A DNA stretch of 64,000 nt, taken from NCBI GenBank assembly GCA_963779755.1, contig CAVZZO010000003.1, positions 736,001 to 800,000 on the forward strand, written 5' to 3'. This DNA is from an uncultured Gemmatimonadales bacterium. Lineage in GTDB: Bacteria > Gemmatimonadota > Gemmatimonadetes > Gemmatimonadales > GWC2-71-9. The position numbers and the translations under genes are program-made. The notes beneath the pieces are model-generated. The model was not told where the DNA came from. It searched no databases and saw nothing but the letters and a program-made list of their open reading frames with translations. Positions 9,590 to 21,801 of the stretch are shown piece by piece. Each line of letters opens with the position of its first letter. Positions within the stretch are counted from its first letter, which is position 1.

Positions 9590-10114
9590 CTACGCTGCCA
9601 CCGCGTGCCCGCAGACCTCACAGAACTTCACCCCCGGCTGGAGCGGCGAGCCGCATCCCAGGCAGGCGGCGCCGGTGGGCAGGCGGCCGCCGCAGGAGGA
9701 GCAGAACACCGCGTTGGCTTCGGGCCGCGGCCCGCAGGCATGGCAGATCCGTCCGGCCTTGCCGCCGGCTCCGGTCCGCAGTGCCTGCACCTTGGCGGCC
9801 ACGATGGCCTCGACGTCCGACCCCGCCGGGGCGTCCTGGCCGGCCTCCTCCGCCCGCAGGGCCTCGACCGCGCGAGACTGGTAGCGGGCGTAGAGCTCCT
9901 GGAAATCCGCATCGGTGAGCTTGCCCGTCTCCCGGTCGAACTCGATCTCCCGCAGGGCGGCGAGCGCCCGGTTCTTGGGACTGTCGTCGTCCAGATCGTC
10001 CAGCGCCGAGGGCGCATTCCAGGCCAGGGCGGGCCGGGCTCGCAGCAGCGGCTGGAAGATCAGGGCCAGCACCCCCAGCCCCACAATCACGGCCAGCAGA
10101 ATCTCGAGCAACAT
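9590..10114 (-). CDS. Membrane-anchored double zinc-ribbon protein (CcmI-like N-terminus)
   Basis: N-terminal TM; ALREIEFDRETGKL segment; four CxxC motifs at the C-terminus; coupled to ccmH. Confidence 0.75.
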   Translation of the reverse strand: MLLEILLAVIVGLGVLALIFQPLLRARPALAWNAPSALDDLDDDSPKNRALAALREIEFDRETGKLTDADFQELYARYQSRAVEALRAEEAGQDAPAGSDVEAIVAAKVQALRTGAGGKAGRICHACGPRPEANAVFCSSCGGRLPTGAACLGCGSPLQPGVKFCEVCGHAVAA

Positions 10115-10736
10115 CAGTCGTCGAGCTCCCGCAGCGCCTCCTTCAGGCGCCGCATCTCGTCGTCGGTCGGTTGCGCCGGGGCGGGGGATTCCGGCACGTC
10201 CGGTGATACCGCCCAGCCCGACCCCCCGGCCGCTTCGGCCGTCCGCAGCCGGCGCCGGTTGAGCCAGACGGTAAGGAAGACCCCGAAGGCGAGGATGACC
10301 GCGCCCGGGACCAGGTAGCCGGCCAGGTTGAACCCCTCGGCCGGGGGAGCCATGAGGGCCTGCTCCCCGTACTGCTTGACGAACTCCTGCACGATCTGCG
10401 CTTCGTTCATCCCCGAGTTGCTCAAGGCGAGGATCTCCTGGTGCAGCCGGGGCGAGGTGGTGCAGCTGAAATCGGTGGTGCGGCAGGTAAAGATGTCGAG
10501 ATTGCAGCCGCACTGGCACTTCAGCTTGTGCTCCAGGAGCTTGATATCTTCGCGGTTGTCTTCCGCCGTGGCGGGGGCGCGGGGACGCCCCGCCGCCTGC
10601 GGGTCGAACAGGGTCCCGTTGGCGCCCCGGCCGGCCAGCGAGTCGGGGACGCCCTGCGCCGCGGCCCGACCGGGCCCCGCGACCAGCAGGGCCAGGCCCA
10701 GCGCGGCGGCGGCCAGCTGGATGCGTCCGGCGTGGG

Positions 10737-10740
<4 letters not shown>
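10114..10740 (-). CDS. ccmH: Cytochrome c biogenesis protein CcmH-like
   Basis: Signal peptide, LKCQCGC, IVQEFVKQYGEQALMAPP, C-terminal TM; downstream of ccmF. Confidence 0.8.
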
Positions 10741-12770
<2,030 letters not shown>

Positions 12771-12772
12771 CG

Positions 12773-13192
12773 CTAGGCTTTCTTGCTGTCGTACTTGGCC
12801 GTATAGCGGGAGCCGCACTTGGCCAGAAGGGTCGTCGCGTGGAAGATCCCGTCGGTGCCCAGCCGGCCTTCCACCACCACCTCGATGTCCTGCGTGTCGG
12901 TGAAGGTATCCGGCGCCAGGCCGTGGTAGGTCACGGGATATATCTGCTTGCCGTCGGTGACCTGGAAATCGATGGTCTGGCTCGCGGCGTCGCGCCGGAT
13001 GGAACCCGGCACCACCTTGGCCCCCATCTTCACCCCCACGTTATGGAACGTAGGGTCGGTCGAGATCTTCTGCGCCAGCTCCGTCGGGGTATAGAAGTAA
13101 GTCCCCGTCTGCTTGACTCCCTCGAACATGAGGTAGCCCACGCTGGCGACGATGATCGTGGCTCCGAGCAGAAACTTGGTTCCAGCCTTCAT
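12773..13192 (-). CDS. ccmE: Heme chaperone CcmE, CxxxY variant
   Basis: N-terminal TM, YFYTPTEL, V-x-Y-x-G-x-x-PD-x-F, VVVEG, LLAKCGSRY. Confidence 0.9.
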   Translation of the reverse strand: MKAGTKFLLGATIIVASVGYLMFEGVKQTGTYFYTPTELAQKISTDPTFHNVGVKMGAKVVPGSIRRDAASQTIDFQVTDGKQIYPVTYHGLAPDTFTDTQDIEVVVEGRLGTDGIFHATTLLAKCGSRYTAKYDSKKA

Positions 13193-13275
13193 GATGCACT
13201 CCCCACGGTTGCCGGATCCTCCAGCCGCCGGGCTTGCCGGCGACAATCAAGATATCCGCGGTCCCCTTTGCCGAC

Positions 13276-13304
13276 CTGAAGAAAGTCTGAAGACTTCTTG
13301 AATC
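13276..13304 (-). promoter_or_regulatory. Putative OmpR/PhoB-type direct-repeat site upstream of ccmE
   Basis: CTGAAGA (13276), CTGAAGA (13287), TTGAATC (13298): 11-bp period. Confidence 0.4.
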
Positions 13305-13313
13305 TCCCGGCCC

Positions 13314-14099
13314 TCAGCTCGCCTTGGTGGCCTGGAGGGCCTGCTGACGGAACTCCTCGACCGACCGCTCGTGCTCGGCGTACTCCTGCCGGCCCGCCTT
13401 CATTTCGCTGTCATAATGGGCCAGGAAGTCCTTGTAGGCCTGCTGCAGGTTCTGGTCGTTCTTCTCCCACCGCGCCACCGTCCCCCGGATCATGTAGCCG
13501 AACAGATGCCCCGGTTGCTGGGCCAGAATGGTATCGGCCAGCGCCGTCGGGCCCGCCATGTCTCCCGTATGCGCCTTGAGCAGCGCCAAATGATAGCGGG
13601 CGTCGGCATCCACGGTATCGAGCATGCTGTAGGCCGTAATGGCCATCGGCGTGAAGGTCGTCACCGTGTTCTGGTCTCCCGACTCCGCCGCCTGCATGAC
13701 CCGATTATACAGTCGGTCAAAACGCTCCCGGGGGGACATGCTGCTGATGTCTGGCGCCGCGCCGGAGGCGGCGTTGGCGAAGGGCGCCGAGGCCACCGGA
13801 CCAGCCCCCGCCTGGTCGGCGGCCGTGGCCGGCCTGCGCGTCATCAGAGCTACCAGCGCAATCACCAGGCCAACCCCCGCCACCCCGGCAACGATCCAGG
13901 GGAGCCGGTCGCGCCCCGAGCGGCCGCCCCCCGCCGGAAGGGAGAAACCGCAGCTGGCACAGAACTTTGCAGCGGAACGAACCGAAGCACCGCATTTCGG
14001 GCACGAAGCCTGGCCCAGACCGGCGCCGCAGGAGCTGCAGAACTTGCCACTCGCTGGCGCCCCACAGGAGGGACAGGTGGCCGCGTTCGGGGTACTCAT
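13314..14099 (-). CDS. Zinc-ribbon membrane protein with a helical (TPR-like) C-terminal domain
   Basis: Four N-terminal CxxC motifs, one TM, helical C-terminus. Confidence 0.8.
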   Translation of the reverse strand: MSTPNAATCPSCGAPASGKFCSSCGAGLGQASCPKCGASVRSAAKFCASCGFSLPAGGGRSGRDRLPWIVAGVAGVGLVIALVALMTRRPATAADQAGAGPVASAPFANAASGAAPDISSMSPRERFDRLYNRVMQAAESGDQNTVTTFTPMAITAYSMLDTVDADARYHLALLKAHTGDMAGPTALADTILAQQPGHLFGYMIRGTVARWEKNDQNLQQAYKDFLAHYDSEMKAGRQEYAEHERSVEEFRQQALQATKAS

Positions 14100-14202
14100 G
14101 GGACGAAAGTGCCTCTTGGGATATAAGGAGGCGCGGAACCCTTTTCCGCACGTGGGGAGGATATAGCCACTGCCGCGCTTTTGGGAGGGGGATGCAGAAC
14201 TT

Positions 14203-14260
14203 CACCGCAGAGGCGCAGAGGCGCAGAGGCGCGGAGAAACGGCCTCTGCGCCTCTGTGGT
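14203..14260. repeat. GCAGAGGC octamer-based hairpin (REP-like, possible terminator) just after hypE
   Basis: ACCGCAGAGGCGCAGAGG ... CCTCTGCGCCTCTGTGGT. Confidence 0.65.
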
Positions 14261-14277
14261 AATATCTCACTACTCTC

Positions 14278-15336
14278 CTAGCAGATGCGGGGCAGCTGAT
14301 CGCCGGGGAGCATGTCCACGATGCGCGAGCCGCCAACGGCGGTGCGCATGGTGACCAGCCCGGGGTGCGCCGGAACCACCCGGCCGATGGCCACCGCGCC
14401 CGCCCCCAGCCGGTGCCGCCGCAGCGCCCCCAGGGCATCGTCGGCCAGCACGGCGGGGACGAAGGCCACCAGCACCCCCTCATTGGCCACGTAGAGCGGA
14501 TCGAGCCCCAGCATTTCGCAGGCGGCGAGCACCGGCGCCGGCACCGGAATCGCCTCCTCGTCCAGCTCGATCCCCACCCCGCTCGCGGCGGCGATCTCGT
14601 TGAGCGCGCTGGCCACCCCCCCACGCGTCGGGTCGCGCAGTACGTGCACGGCCCCACCCAGGTGCTCCCGCAGCAACTCCACCAGGGGATACAGCGTGGC
14701 GCTGTCGCTCTCGATCTGGGCCTCGAACTCCAGCCCTTCGCGCGCGGCCATGATGGCCATGCCGTGGCGGCCCACCGGCCCGCTCACCAGCACCACGTCG
14801 CCCGCGCCGGCCCGGTCGGGGGCGGGCAGGAAATCGGGCCGCAGCAGGCCGATGCCGGTGGTGTTGATGAACATGCCGTCGGCCTTGCCCCGCTCCACCA
14901 CCTTGGTATCGCCGGTCACCAGCGGAACGCCGGCCGCCCGGGCGGCCCCGGCCATGGCGGCGATGACGCGGTCCAGCACGTCGAAGGCAAGTCCTTCCTC
15001 CAGCACGAACCCGGCCGACAGGCTGTGCGGCGCCGCGCCCATCATGGCGATGTCGTTGAGCGTCCCGTGCACCGCCAGCGAGCCGATATTGCCTCCGGGA
15101 AACTCCAGCGGATGAACCACGAAGGTATCGGTGGAGAGCGCCACGCGCTCGCCTCCCAGCTCCAGCACCGCCGCATCTCCCAGGCGGGCCAGGGTGGGAT
15201 TCTCGAAGTGCGGCAGAAAGCGATTCTTGAGCAGCGCGGCGCTCATCTTGCCACCCGAGCCGTGCCCCAGCTGGACCCGGTCGGTGGCGACGTGCGGCAG
15301 GGCGCACGTGATATTGGCGAGTCCGGACGAGGCCAT
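14278..15336 (-). CDS. hypE: Hydrogenase maturation protein HypE
   Basis: HGSGGK, GDTKVV, RDPTRGG, ANEG, C-terminal LPRIC. Confidence 0.97.
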   Translation of the reverse strand: MASSGLANITCALPHVATDRVQLGHGSGGKMSAALLKNRFLPHFENPTLARLGDAAVLELGGERVALSTDTFVVHPLEFPGGNIGSLAVHGTLNDIAMMGAAPHSLSAGFVLEEGLAFDVLDRVIAAMAGAARAAGVPLVTGDTKVVERGKADGMFINTTGIGLLRPDFLPAPDRAGAGDVVLVSGPVGRHGMAIMAAREGLEFEAQIESDSATLYPLVELLREHLGGAVHVLRDPTRGGVASALNEIAAASGVGIELDEEAIPVPAPVLAACEMLGLDPLYVANEGVLVAFVPAVLADDALGALRRHRLGAGAVAIGRVVPAHPGLVTMRTAVGGSRIVDMLPGDQLPRIC

Positions 15337-15338
15337 GG

Positions 15339-16448
15339 TCACACCTCCCGCGGCGCCGCGTGGCGGAACCGGCCGTAGTTGTAGTAGGCGGCACAGGCGC
15401 CCTCCGAGCTTACCATCGGCGCGCCCAGGGGACGTTCCGGAGTGCAGACCGTCCCGAAGGCGGCGCACTGGAAGGGCTTGAGTTGCCCCCGCAGCACCTC
15501 GCCCGCCCGGCACGCCTCGGGCTCGGCCACCCGGATATCGTCCAGCCTGAAGCGCATCTCGGCATCGAAATCGGCATACTCCTCGCGCAGGCCCAGGCCG
15601 CTCCGGGGGATCTCGCCGATGCCCCGCCACTTGCGGTCCACCAGCCGGAACACCTTCCTGACCAGATCGCGGGCCGGTTCGGTCCCGTTGCGGCGCACCG
15701 CGCGGACGTACTGGTTCTCGACCTCGTAGCGTCCCTCCTCCAGCTGCCGCACGGCCAGGTAGATGCCTTCCAGCAGATCCACGGGCTCGAAGCCGGTGAC
15801 GACGATGGGCACCCGGTAGTGGGCCGCGATCGGCTCGTACTCGGTCCAGCCCATTACGGTGCAGACGTGCCCCGCGGCGAGGAATCCCTGCACCCGGTTG
15901 TCGGGCGCGTCGAGGATGGCGGTCATGGCCGGTGGGACGGTCACGTGGGAGACCAGCACGCTGAAGTTGCCGATGCCCAGCTCGCGGGCGCGCCAGACGG
16001 CCATGGCATTGGCCGGCGCGGTGGTCTCGAAGCCGACGGCGAAGAAGACGACCTGCTTCTCCGGGTTGCGGCGCGCCAGCTCCAGCGCATCCAGCGGAGA
16101 ATAGACCACGCGCACCTGGCCGCCGAGAGCGCGGATCTGCTGCAGGTCGCACTCGCTGCCCGGCACCCGGAGCATGTCGCCGAAGGAGGTGAAGATCACG
16201 TCGGGCCGCTGGGCCAGCCGCAGCGCCTTGTCGATCTGCTCCAGCGGGGTGACGCAGACCGGGCAGCCGGGGCCATGAATCATCTCGACCGCGCCCTCCA
16301 GCAGCTCGTCCAGCCCCTGCCGCACAATCGTATGCGTCTGTCCCCCGCAGACCTCCATCAGCACCCAGGGCCGCGTCGCGGTCGCGCGGATCCGGCCGAT
16401 GAGCCCCCGGGCGATGTCGCCGTCGCGATACTCGCTGAGATATTTCAT
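15339..16448 (-). CDS. hypD: Hydrogenase maturation protein HypD
   Basis: [33 protein letters not shown]. Confidence 0.97.
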   Translation of the reverse strand: MKYLSEYRDGDIARGLIGRIRATATRPWVLMEVCGGQTHTIVRQGLDELLEGAVEMIHGPGCPVCVTPLEQIDKALRLAQRPDVIFTSFGDMLRVPGSECDLQQIRALGGQVRVVYSPLDALELARRNPEKQVVFFAVGFETTAPANAMAVWRARELGIGNFSVLVSHVTVPPAMTAILDAPDNRVQGFLAAGHVCTVMGWTEYEPIAAHYRVPIVVTGFEPVDLLEGIYLAVRQLEEGRYEVENQYVRAVRRNGTEPARDLVRKVFRLVDRKWRGIGEIPRSGLGLREEYADFDAEMRFRLDDIRVAEPEACRAGEVLRGQLKPFQCAAFGTVCTPERPLGAPMVSSEGACAAYYNYGRFRHAAPREV

Positions 16449-16738
16449 GGCTCGACCTCCGCCGCGCCCAGGCTCTGTTCCGCCACCTCTTTCATCCACT
16501 CCAATTCGTCGAGCTGGCTCATCTCCCGCAGCGCCTGGAAGGTCTTGCGTGCTTCTTCCTTGTCCACCAGGCTGATGGCGAAGCCGACATGGACGATGGC
16601 ATAATCGCCCACCTTTGCCTCATCGGCCACATAGGCCAGACAGACCTCGCGGCGCACGCCGCCGAAGTCCACCATCCCCATGGGGAGGCCCCGATCCTCA
16701 CGGATCTCTAGAATGCGGCCGGGGATGCCAAGACACAT
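16445..16738 (-). CDS. hypC: Hydrogenase assembly chaperone HypC
   Basis: MCLGIPG N-terminus, VHVGFAI. Confidence 0.97.
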   Translation of the reverse strand: MCLGIPGRILEIREDRGLPMGMVDFGGVRREVCLAYVADEAKVGDYAIVHVGFAISLVDKEEARKTFQALREMSQLDELEWMKEVAEQSLGAAEVEP

Positions 16739-19098
16739 GGGTCCTCCTCACTGTGGGGAACGAGGCCGGCGCCGGCCCGGAGCCGGGCCGCCGCAATGGC
16801 TGCCTGGCCGTAACTGATGGCGCCGTCATTGGGGCTGAGCCGCCGGGGGAGCAGCACTTCCAGGCCCTGGTCACTGAGGCGCCGCCGGACCGAGGCAAGC
16901 AGCCGGGCGTTCTGGAACACGCCGCCCGCGAGCGCCACGGTCCCGAGCCCGCTGATTTCGCAGGCACGCTCGACCATCCGGGCGGTGGCCCAGGCGACGG
17001 TCGCATGAAAATCGGCCGCGAGATCGGCGGGGTCGGCGCCGCTCTGCCGCCGCGTGCCGAGCCGGGCCAGGAGCGGCACCGGATCGAGCAGCAGCATGCC
17101 GTCCTGCTCCTCCAGGCGCAGCGGCAGCTCGGACGCGATCCGCCGGCCCGCCAGGCTCTCCAGCTCCATCGCCGCCTGGCCTTCGTACTGGCCGGCGCGG
17201 CGGACACCGATCACGGCGGCGGCCGCGTCGAACAGCCGGCCCAGCGACGAGGCCAGGGGCGCGTTGATGCCGTGGCGCCCCTGGTATTCGGCCAGGGCCC
17301 GTTCGCGCGGGTCCACGCCCTCGAACGCCACCTGGAAGGCGGAGGCTACGTGCGGTTCCAGCAGCAGATACCCCAGCGCCGAGCGCCAGGGGTTCCGCGC
17401 GGCCAGGTCGCCGCCGGGCAGCGGCGCATAGCGCAGGTGGCCAACCCGCCGGTAGGTCAGCAGCCCGGCAATGAGGATCTCGCCGCCCCAGATATTGCCG
17501 TCGTCACCGTAGCCGGTCCCGTCGAAGGCGACTCCCACCACCGGCCCTTCCCGCCCGTGCTCCGCCAGCACCGCGGCGATGTGGGCGTGGTGGTGCTGCA
17601 CCGCGAGCACCTGACTCAGTCCGAGCTCGTCCGCGATGCGGGTCGAGAGATAGCCGGGGTGCAGGTCGCGCACCGCCACGACAGGATCGATGCGGAAAAG
17701 CGTGCGGTACCGCTCCAGGGTCGCCCGGAACTGCTCCAGCGTCTCCAGATTTTCCAGGTCGCCGATGTGCTGGCTCACCCAGGCGCGGCCGTCCTGCGCC
17801 AGCGTGAGCGTGTTCTTCAGGTGGGGGCCCACCGCGACCAGCGGCACGGGGGCGGGCACCGGCAGGGGCAGCGGCAGCGGGGCGTAGCCCCGCGCGCGGC
17901 GCAGCATGATCGGCAGTCCGTCGGCCACCCGCAGAACCGAATCGTCGTAGCGGGAGATGATCTCCCGATCGTGCAGGAGGAAGGCGTCGGCGACCATTCC
18001 CAGCCGTTCGCGCGCCTCCGCGTTGCCCATGGCAATGGGCTCTTCGCTCAGGTTGCCGCTGGTCATGACCAGGGGGCGGCCGGCCAGATCCAGCAGCAGG
18101 TGGTGCAGCGGCGTATACGCCAGCATCACCCCTACCCAGCCCAGGCCGGGCGCCACCGACGGCGCCAGCCCGGCATCGGGCCGCCGCCGCAACAGCACGA
18201 TGGGCCGCTCGGGGCCGGTGAGCAGCCCGGCCTCGAGCTCTCCAACCTCTCCCAGTTGCCGCGCCTGCTCCAGCGTGGCCACCATCACCGCCAGCGGTTT
18301 CGCCTCGCGGAGCTTGCGGCGTCGCAGCCGGCCGACCGCCGCCTCATCGGTGGCGTCGGCCGCCAGATGGAACCCGCCCAGCCCCCGCACCGCGACCACC
18401 CCGCCGCAGGCCAGGAGATCGGCCGCTGCACTGAGGGCCGCGTCGCCCCGCTCAGCCACCCCGTCCCGGCCGGGGTATTCCAGCCAGAGCCGGGGGCCGC
18501 ACACGGGACAGCTATTCGTTTCCGAGTGATAGCGGCGATCGCCGGAGGCGTGGTACTCCGCCAGGCAGGCGGGGCACTGCTGGAAGGCCCGCATGCTGGT
18601 CCGCTCCCGGTCGTACGGCATGGCCTCGATCACGGTGAAGCGGGGGCCGCAGTCGGTGCAGGTAATGAAAGGATAGCGGTAGCGCCGGTTGGCGGGGTTG
18701 CGCAACTCGCCCCGGCAGGCGCCGCAGAGCGCCACGTCGGGCGAGACCGGCTGCCGGCGCCCGGGCTCGTCCACGCTTCCCAGGATTTGGAAGCTGCCCC
18801 GACCCTCCGGCTGGCATGCCTGGGCGGCGATCTGCTCGATCTGCGCCAGGGGCGGCGCCCTGCCCCGCAGGTCGCGCACGAAGCGCTCCAGCGCGCCGGC
18901 CTCGCCCTCGATCAGGATCTCCACGTCGCCGGCGGCGTTGCGCACAAAACCGGCCAGCCCATGCTCCAGCGCCAGCCGGTGCACGAAGGGGCGGAAGCCC
19001 ACCCCCTGCACTACGCCTTCGACGTGGAGGCAGAGCGCGCGGGCGGCGTTCAGACTGTCGCCGGCGTCCGGACGGACCGCTTCAGGAAGTGGTACCAC
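16708..19098 (-). CDS. hypF: Carbamoyltransferase HypF (start approximate)
   Basis: GVVQGVGFRP, zinc fingers CTDCGPRF and CPVCGP, QHHHAH, NDGAISYGQA. Confidence 0.96.
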   Translation of the reverse strand: MVPLPEAVRPDAGDSLNAARALCLHVEGVVQGVGFRPFVHRLALEHGLAGFVRNAAGDVEILIEGEAGALERFVRDLRGRAPPLAQIEQIAAQACQPEGRGSFQILGSVDEPGRRQPVSPDVALCGACRGELRNPANRRYRYPFITCTDCGPRFTVIEAMPYDRERTSMRAFQQCPACLAEYHASGDRRYHSETNSCPVCGPRLWLEYPGRDGVAERGDAALSAAADLLACGGVVAVRGLGGFHLAADATDEAAVGRLRRRKLREAKPLAVMVATLEQARQLGEVGELEAGLLTGPERPIVLLRRRPDAGLAPSVAPGLGWVGVMLAYTPLHHLLLDLAGRPLVMTSGNLSEEPIAMGNAEARERLGMVADAFLLHDREIISRYDDSVLRVADGLPIMLRRARGYAPLPLPLPVPAPVPLVAVGPHLKNTLTLAQDGRAWVSQHIGDLENLETLEQFRATLERYRTLFRIDPVVAVRDLHPGYLSTRIADELGLSQVLAVQHHHAHIAAVLAEHGREGPVVGVAFDGTGYGDDGNIWGGEILIAGLLTYRRVGHLRYAPLPGGDLAARNPWRSALGYLLLEPHVASAFQVAFEGVDPRERALAEYQGRHGINAPLASSLGRLFDAAAAVIGVRRAGQYEGQAAMELESLAGRRIASELPLRLEEQDGMLLLDPVPLLARLGTRRQSGADPADLAADFHATVAWATARMVERACEISGLGTVALAGGVFQNARLLASVRRRLSDQGLEVLLPRRLSPNDGAISYGQAAIAAARLRAGAGLVPHSEEDPCVLASPAAF

Positions 19099-19721
19099 TG
19101 ATCCAGCCCTTCGCCGCTGACCGCGGAGGTGAAGAAGAACACCAGATCGGGATTGATCTGGCGGGCATAGGCCACGGCGCGCTCTACGTCGAACGGCACG
19201 TAAGGCAGCAGGTCGATCTTGGTGAGCACCGCGTGCGACGCCTCGCGGAACATCTTGGGGTATTTGAGCGGCTTGTCCTCGCCCTCGGTGACCGACAGGA
19301 GAACGATCTTGCCGTCCTCGCCCAGGTCCCAGCTCGCCGGACAGACCAGGTTGCCGACGTTCTCGATGAAGAGCAGCCGCGTCTCCTCGAGGTCCATGGC
19401 GCTCAGCGCCGTCTCGATCTGCAGGGCGTCCAGGTGGCAGGCGCCCCCGGTGACCACGGCCTGCACCAGCCGGTCGGTGTGCCGGGCGAGCCGGTCGGCG
19501 TCGTTCTGGGTCTGCACATCCCCGGTCACCACTGCGATGGCCAGGTCGGGGCCCAGGTCCGCCAGGGTACGCTCCAGCAGGGCGGTCTTTCCCGACCCCG
19601 GCGAAGACACCAGGTTGAAGGTGGTGACGCCGGCCGCCCGGAGCCGCTCGCGCACCCGGGCCGCGTATTCGTCGTTCTTGGCCATCACCCGTTCCCGCAC
19701 ATCGATGGTCTTGACCGCCAT
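19050..19721 (-). CDS. hypB: Hydrogenase nickel-insertion GTPase HypB
   Basis: SSPGSGKT, GACHLDA, ENVGNLVCPA, DKPLKYP, TKID. Confidence 0.97.
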   Translation of the reverse strand: MAVKTIDVRERVMAKNDEYAARVRERLRAAGVTTFNLVSSPGSGKTALLERTLADLGPDLAIAVVTGDVQTQNDADRLARHTDRLVQAVVTGGACHLDALQIETALSAMDLEETRLLFIENVGNLVCPASWDLGEDGKIVLLSVTEGEDKPLKYPKMFREASHAVLTKIDLLPYVPFDVERAVAYARQINPDLVFFFTSAVSGEGLDQWYHFLKRSVRTPATV

Positions 19722-19779
19722 GCCTGCCTCCTCAAGACAGCGGCCGGCCCTGGTACGGGCCGGCCGCGGGTATACCCGG

Positions 19780-20262
19780 TTACCGGCTCTGGTCCTTCAC
19801 CACCAGCCGGTAGGTCGTATGACAGGCCACACACCGGTAGGTGATAGTCGCCAGCCGTGCGATCACGCTGTCCTGCGTCAGGCCGCGCTGGGCATCCGCC
19901 GCCAGCGCGTCGAACGCCTGGTGCGTACCGACGCCCAGCTCCAGAAATTCGCGCGGCAGCGTGCGCCGCACGCCGGGGTCTCCTTCCATGGCGGCGCTGC
20001 GGCCGGCCGAGGCGGCGGCCTCACTCACCTGGGTCTGGTTCCCCGCGGTCAGCCCCTCCAGCACCCCGTGGGTGGCGGCCAGAAGCCCGCGCATCTCCGC
20101 CAGCACCGCGTTGCGCTGCGCCTCGCTCAGTTCCACCGGCGTCCGATAGTCCGCGGTGTCGGCCGGCACGGCGCTGGCCCGTCCCGGCTTGCTCCCGGCC
20201 AGCGCCAGCGCGCCGGTGGCGATTCCCAGCAGGAGCATTCCCTTCATTTCAGGCCGCAACAT
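19780..20262 (-). CDS. Periplasmic monoheme cytochrome c, class II (c'-like); start may be 20247
   Basis: Signal peptide, helical body, single C-terminal CVACH. Confidence 0.75.
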   Translation of the reverse strand: MLRPEMKGMLLLGIATGALALAGSKPGRASAVPADTADYRTPVELSEAQRNAVLAEMRGLLAATHGVLEGLTAGNQTQVSEAAASAGRSAAMEGDPGVRRTLPREFLELGVGTHQAFDALAADAQRGLTQDSVIARLATITYRCVACHTTYRLVVKDQSR

Positions 20263-20542
20263 GGGACTCCTCACTTTCTGAGGCGGTTTCCGGCCGCCCG
20301 TCGTCCAGTTCGAGCCAGGCGAGCCGGAGCACGTCCCCGGGCAGACGCTGGATCAGGGGGCGGGCTCCCCGGAACGGGGGCTGGTGCAGCAAAGCCTCCA
20401 GGCAGAACTCGAAGTTCGCCGGCTCCAGGCCGGTGTCGTCCCCGATCTCGACGGCCACAGTGACCAACTGGGCCAGCTGGTCCGGCGTGAGCCGCTCCTC
20501 CGCCATGCGGCAGACCTCGAGCGCCAGGCTCATCTCATGCAC
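20249..20542 (-). CDS. hypA: HypA-like nickel chaperone lacking the Zn-binding domain
   Basis: GTG start giving MHEMSLA, VEIG, FEFC; no CxxC pairs. Confidence 0.8.
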   Translation of the reverse strand: MHEMSLALEVCRMAEERLTPDQLAQLVTVAVEIGDDTGLEPANFEFCLEALLHQPPFRGARPLIQRLPGDVLRLAWLELDDGRPETASESEESHVAA

Positions 20543-21047
20543 GGACCGCCGCCTCCCGCGGCCGGCAGGGATGGCCCCAGGCGTCGAGGCGCGCGACGGC
20601 CCGTTCCACCAGGGCATCGATCCTCGACTCCAGGAGCGGACTGAGACTGGTAGACATCTCGATCAGGTCGGGTTGGAGGCCGAGAGCCACGATGCGCTGC
20701 GGCAGCGTGCCCCGCAGCTCCATGAGCGCCAGGACCTCGCGCAGGTCGATCTGGTGGGGCGACAGTTTCAGCGAGAAGTACCTCGGCAGGTCGGCCCGTT
20801 CCAGCGTGATCTCCGTCCCCGGCGCCTGCCTGGCGTTGATGGCGTCGAGGAACAGCACCGCCTCCGCCTCCTCCAGCTGGTGGAGGAGATTCATGCCCCA
20901 GGTGCCGCCGTCCACCAGCTCCACCTCCGGCGGGACGACCCAGGTCTCCTCCAGGCGCGCCAGCGCCCGGAGTCCCACGCCGTCATCGGCCATGAGCGGA
21001 TTGCCCAGGCCGATGACGAGCGTGCGGCGTCCGCCATCCTCACTCAT
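20535..21047 (-). CDS. Hydrogenase maturation protease (HyaD/HupD family)
   Basis: GLGNPLMADDGVG, DGGT, SPHQ. Confidence 0.95.
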   Translation of the reverse strand: MSEDGGRRTLVIGLGNPLMADDGVGLRALARLEETWVVPPEVELVDGGTWGMNLLHQLEEAEAVLFLDAINARQAPGTEITLERADLPRYFSLKLSPHQIDLREVLALMELRGTLPQRIVALGLQPDLIEMSTSLSPLLESRIDALVERAVARLDAWGHPCRPREAAVRA

Positions 21048-21801
21048 CGATGAACTCCTCGTCGCTCGGAATCCAGCGGCCGCCGCTGATGATCGACGAG
21101 ACGGCGCCGGTACGTTCCATGAGGTCGGCCCGGAGCGCGAGATAGACGTGAATCGGAATGAAGATGAGGAACGCCCAGGTCAGCACGTGATGCAGGAAGC
21201 GAACGTTCTGCATGCCGCCCATGAACGGCCCCAGCCAGCCGAATACCTGGAAGAAGAACCCGCCGGGATTCGACTGGCCGTACAGGGCAAAGCCGGTGAC
21301 GGCCATGACCAGCGCCAGCAGATACACGCCGGTGTAGCTGAGCTGCTGCAGCGGATTGTGCCCCAGATAATGGGGCGCCTTCTCCGGCCTGATCATCAGG
21401 TAGAACTTTACCTGCCGCCACATGTTGGCCCAGTCGCGGCCGCGGAGCGGGAACAGGGCGCGGAGCCGTTCGAAGCGGTTCCCCGCGAACAGCCAGTAGA
21501 CCCGGACGATGCCGGTCGCCACCAGCACGGCCGCCGCGGAGAAGTGAATGAACCGCATCCACCCCATGAGGTAGTGGCTGCTGGCTTCGCCCGTGGTCAG
21601 GAAATAGGGCTTGCCGATATACAGGCCGGTCACCACCAGCGCCACGATCGACGCCACCGCGGCCCAGTGCATGGCGCGGATGGGCCAGCCCCAGAGATAC
21701 ACCCATTCGTACCTCCCCTGGCGATGCGCCAGGGGACGCCCCAGATGCAGATGCTCCGGCGGCGGCGTGGCCTGCCGGGGCTCCTGGCTCATGGTGGTCA
21801 T
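21040..21801 (-). CDS. [NiFe]-hydrogenase b-type cytochrome subunit (HyaC-like)
   Basis: RAMHW, RFIHF, GHNPLQQ, RFLHH...IHVY. Confidence 0.93.
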   Translation of the reverse strand: MTTMSQEPRQATPPPEHLHLGRPLAHRQGRYEWVYLWGWPIRAMHWAAVASIVALVVTGLYIGKPYFLTTGEASSHYLMGWMRFIHFSAAAVLVATGIVRVYWLFAGNRFERLRALFPLRGRDWANMWRQVKFYLMIRPEKAPHYLGHNPLQQLSYTGVYLLALVMAVTGFALYGQSNPGGFFFQVFGWLGPFMGGMQNVRFLHHVLTWAFLIFIPIHVYLALRADLMERTGAVSSIISGGRWIPSDEEFIDE

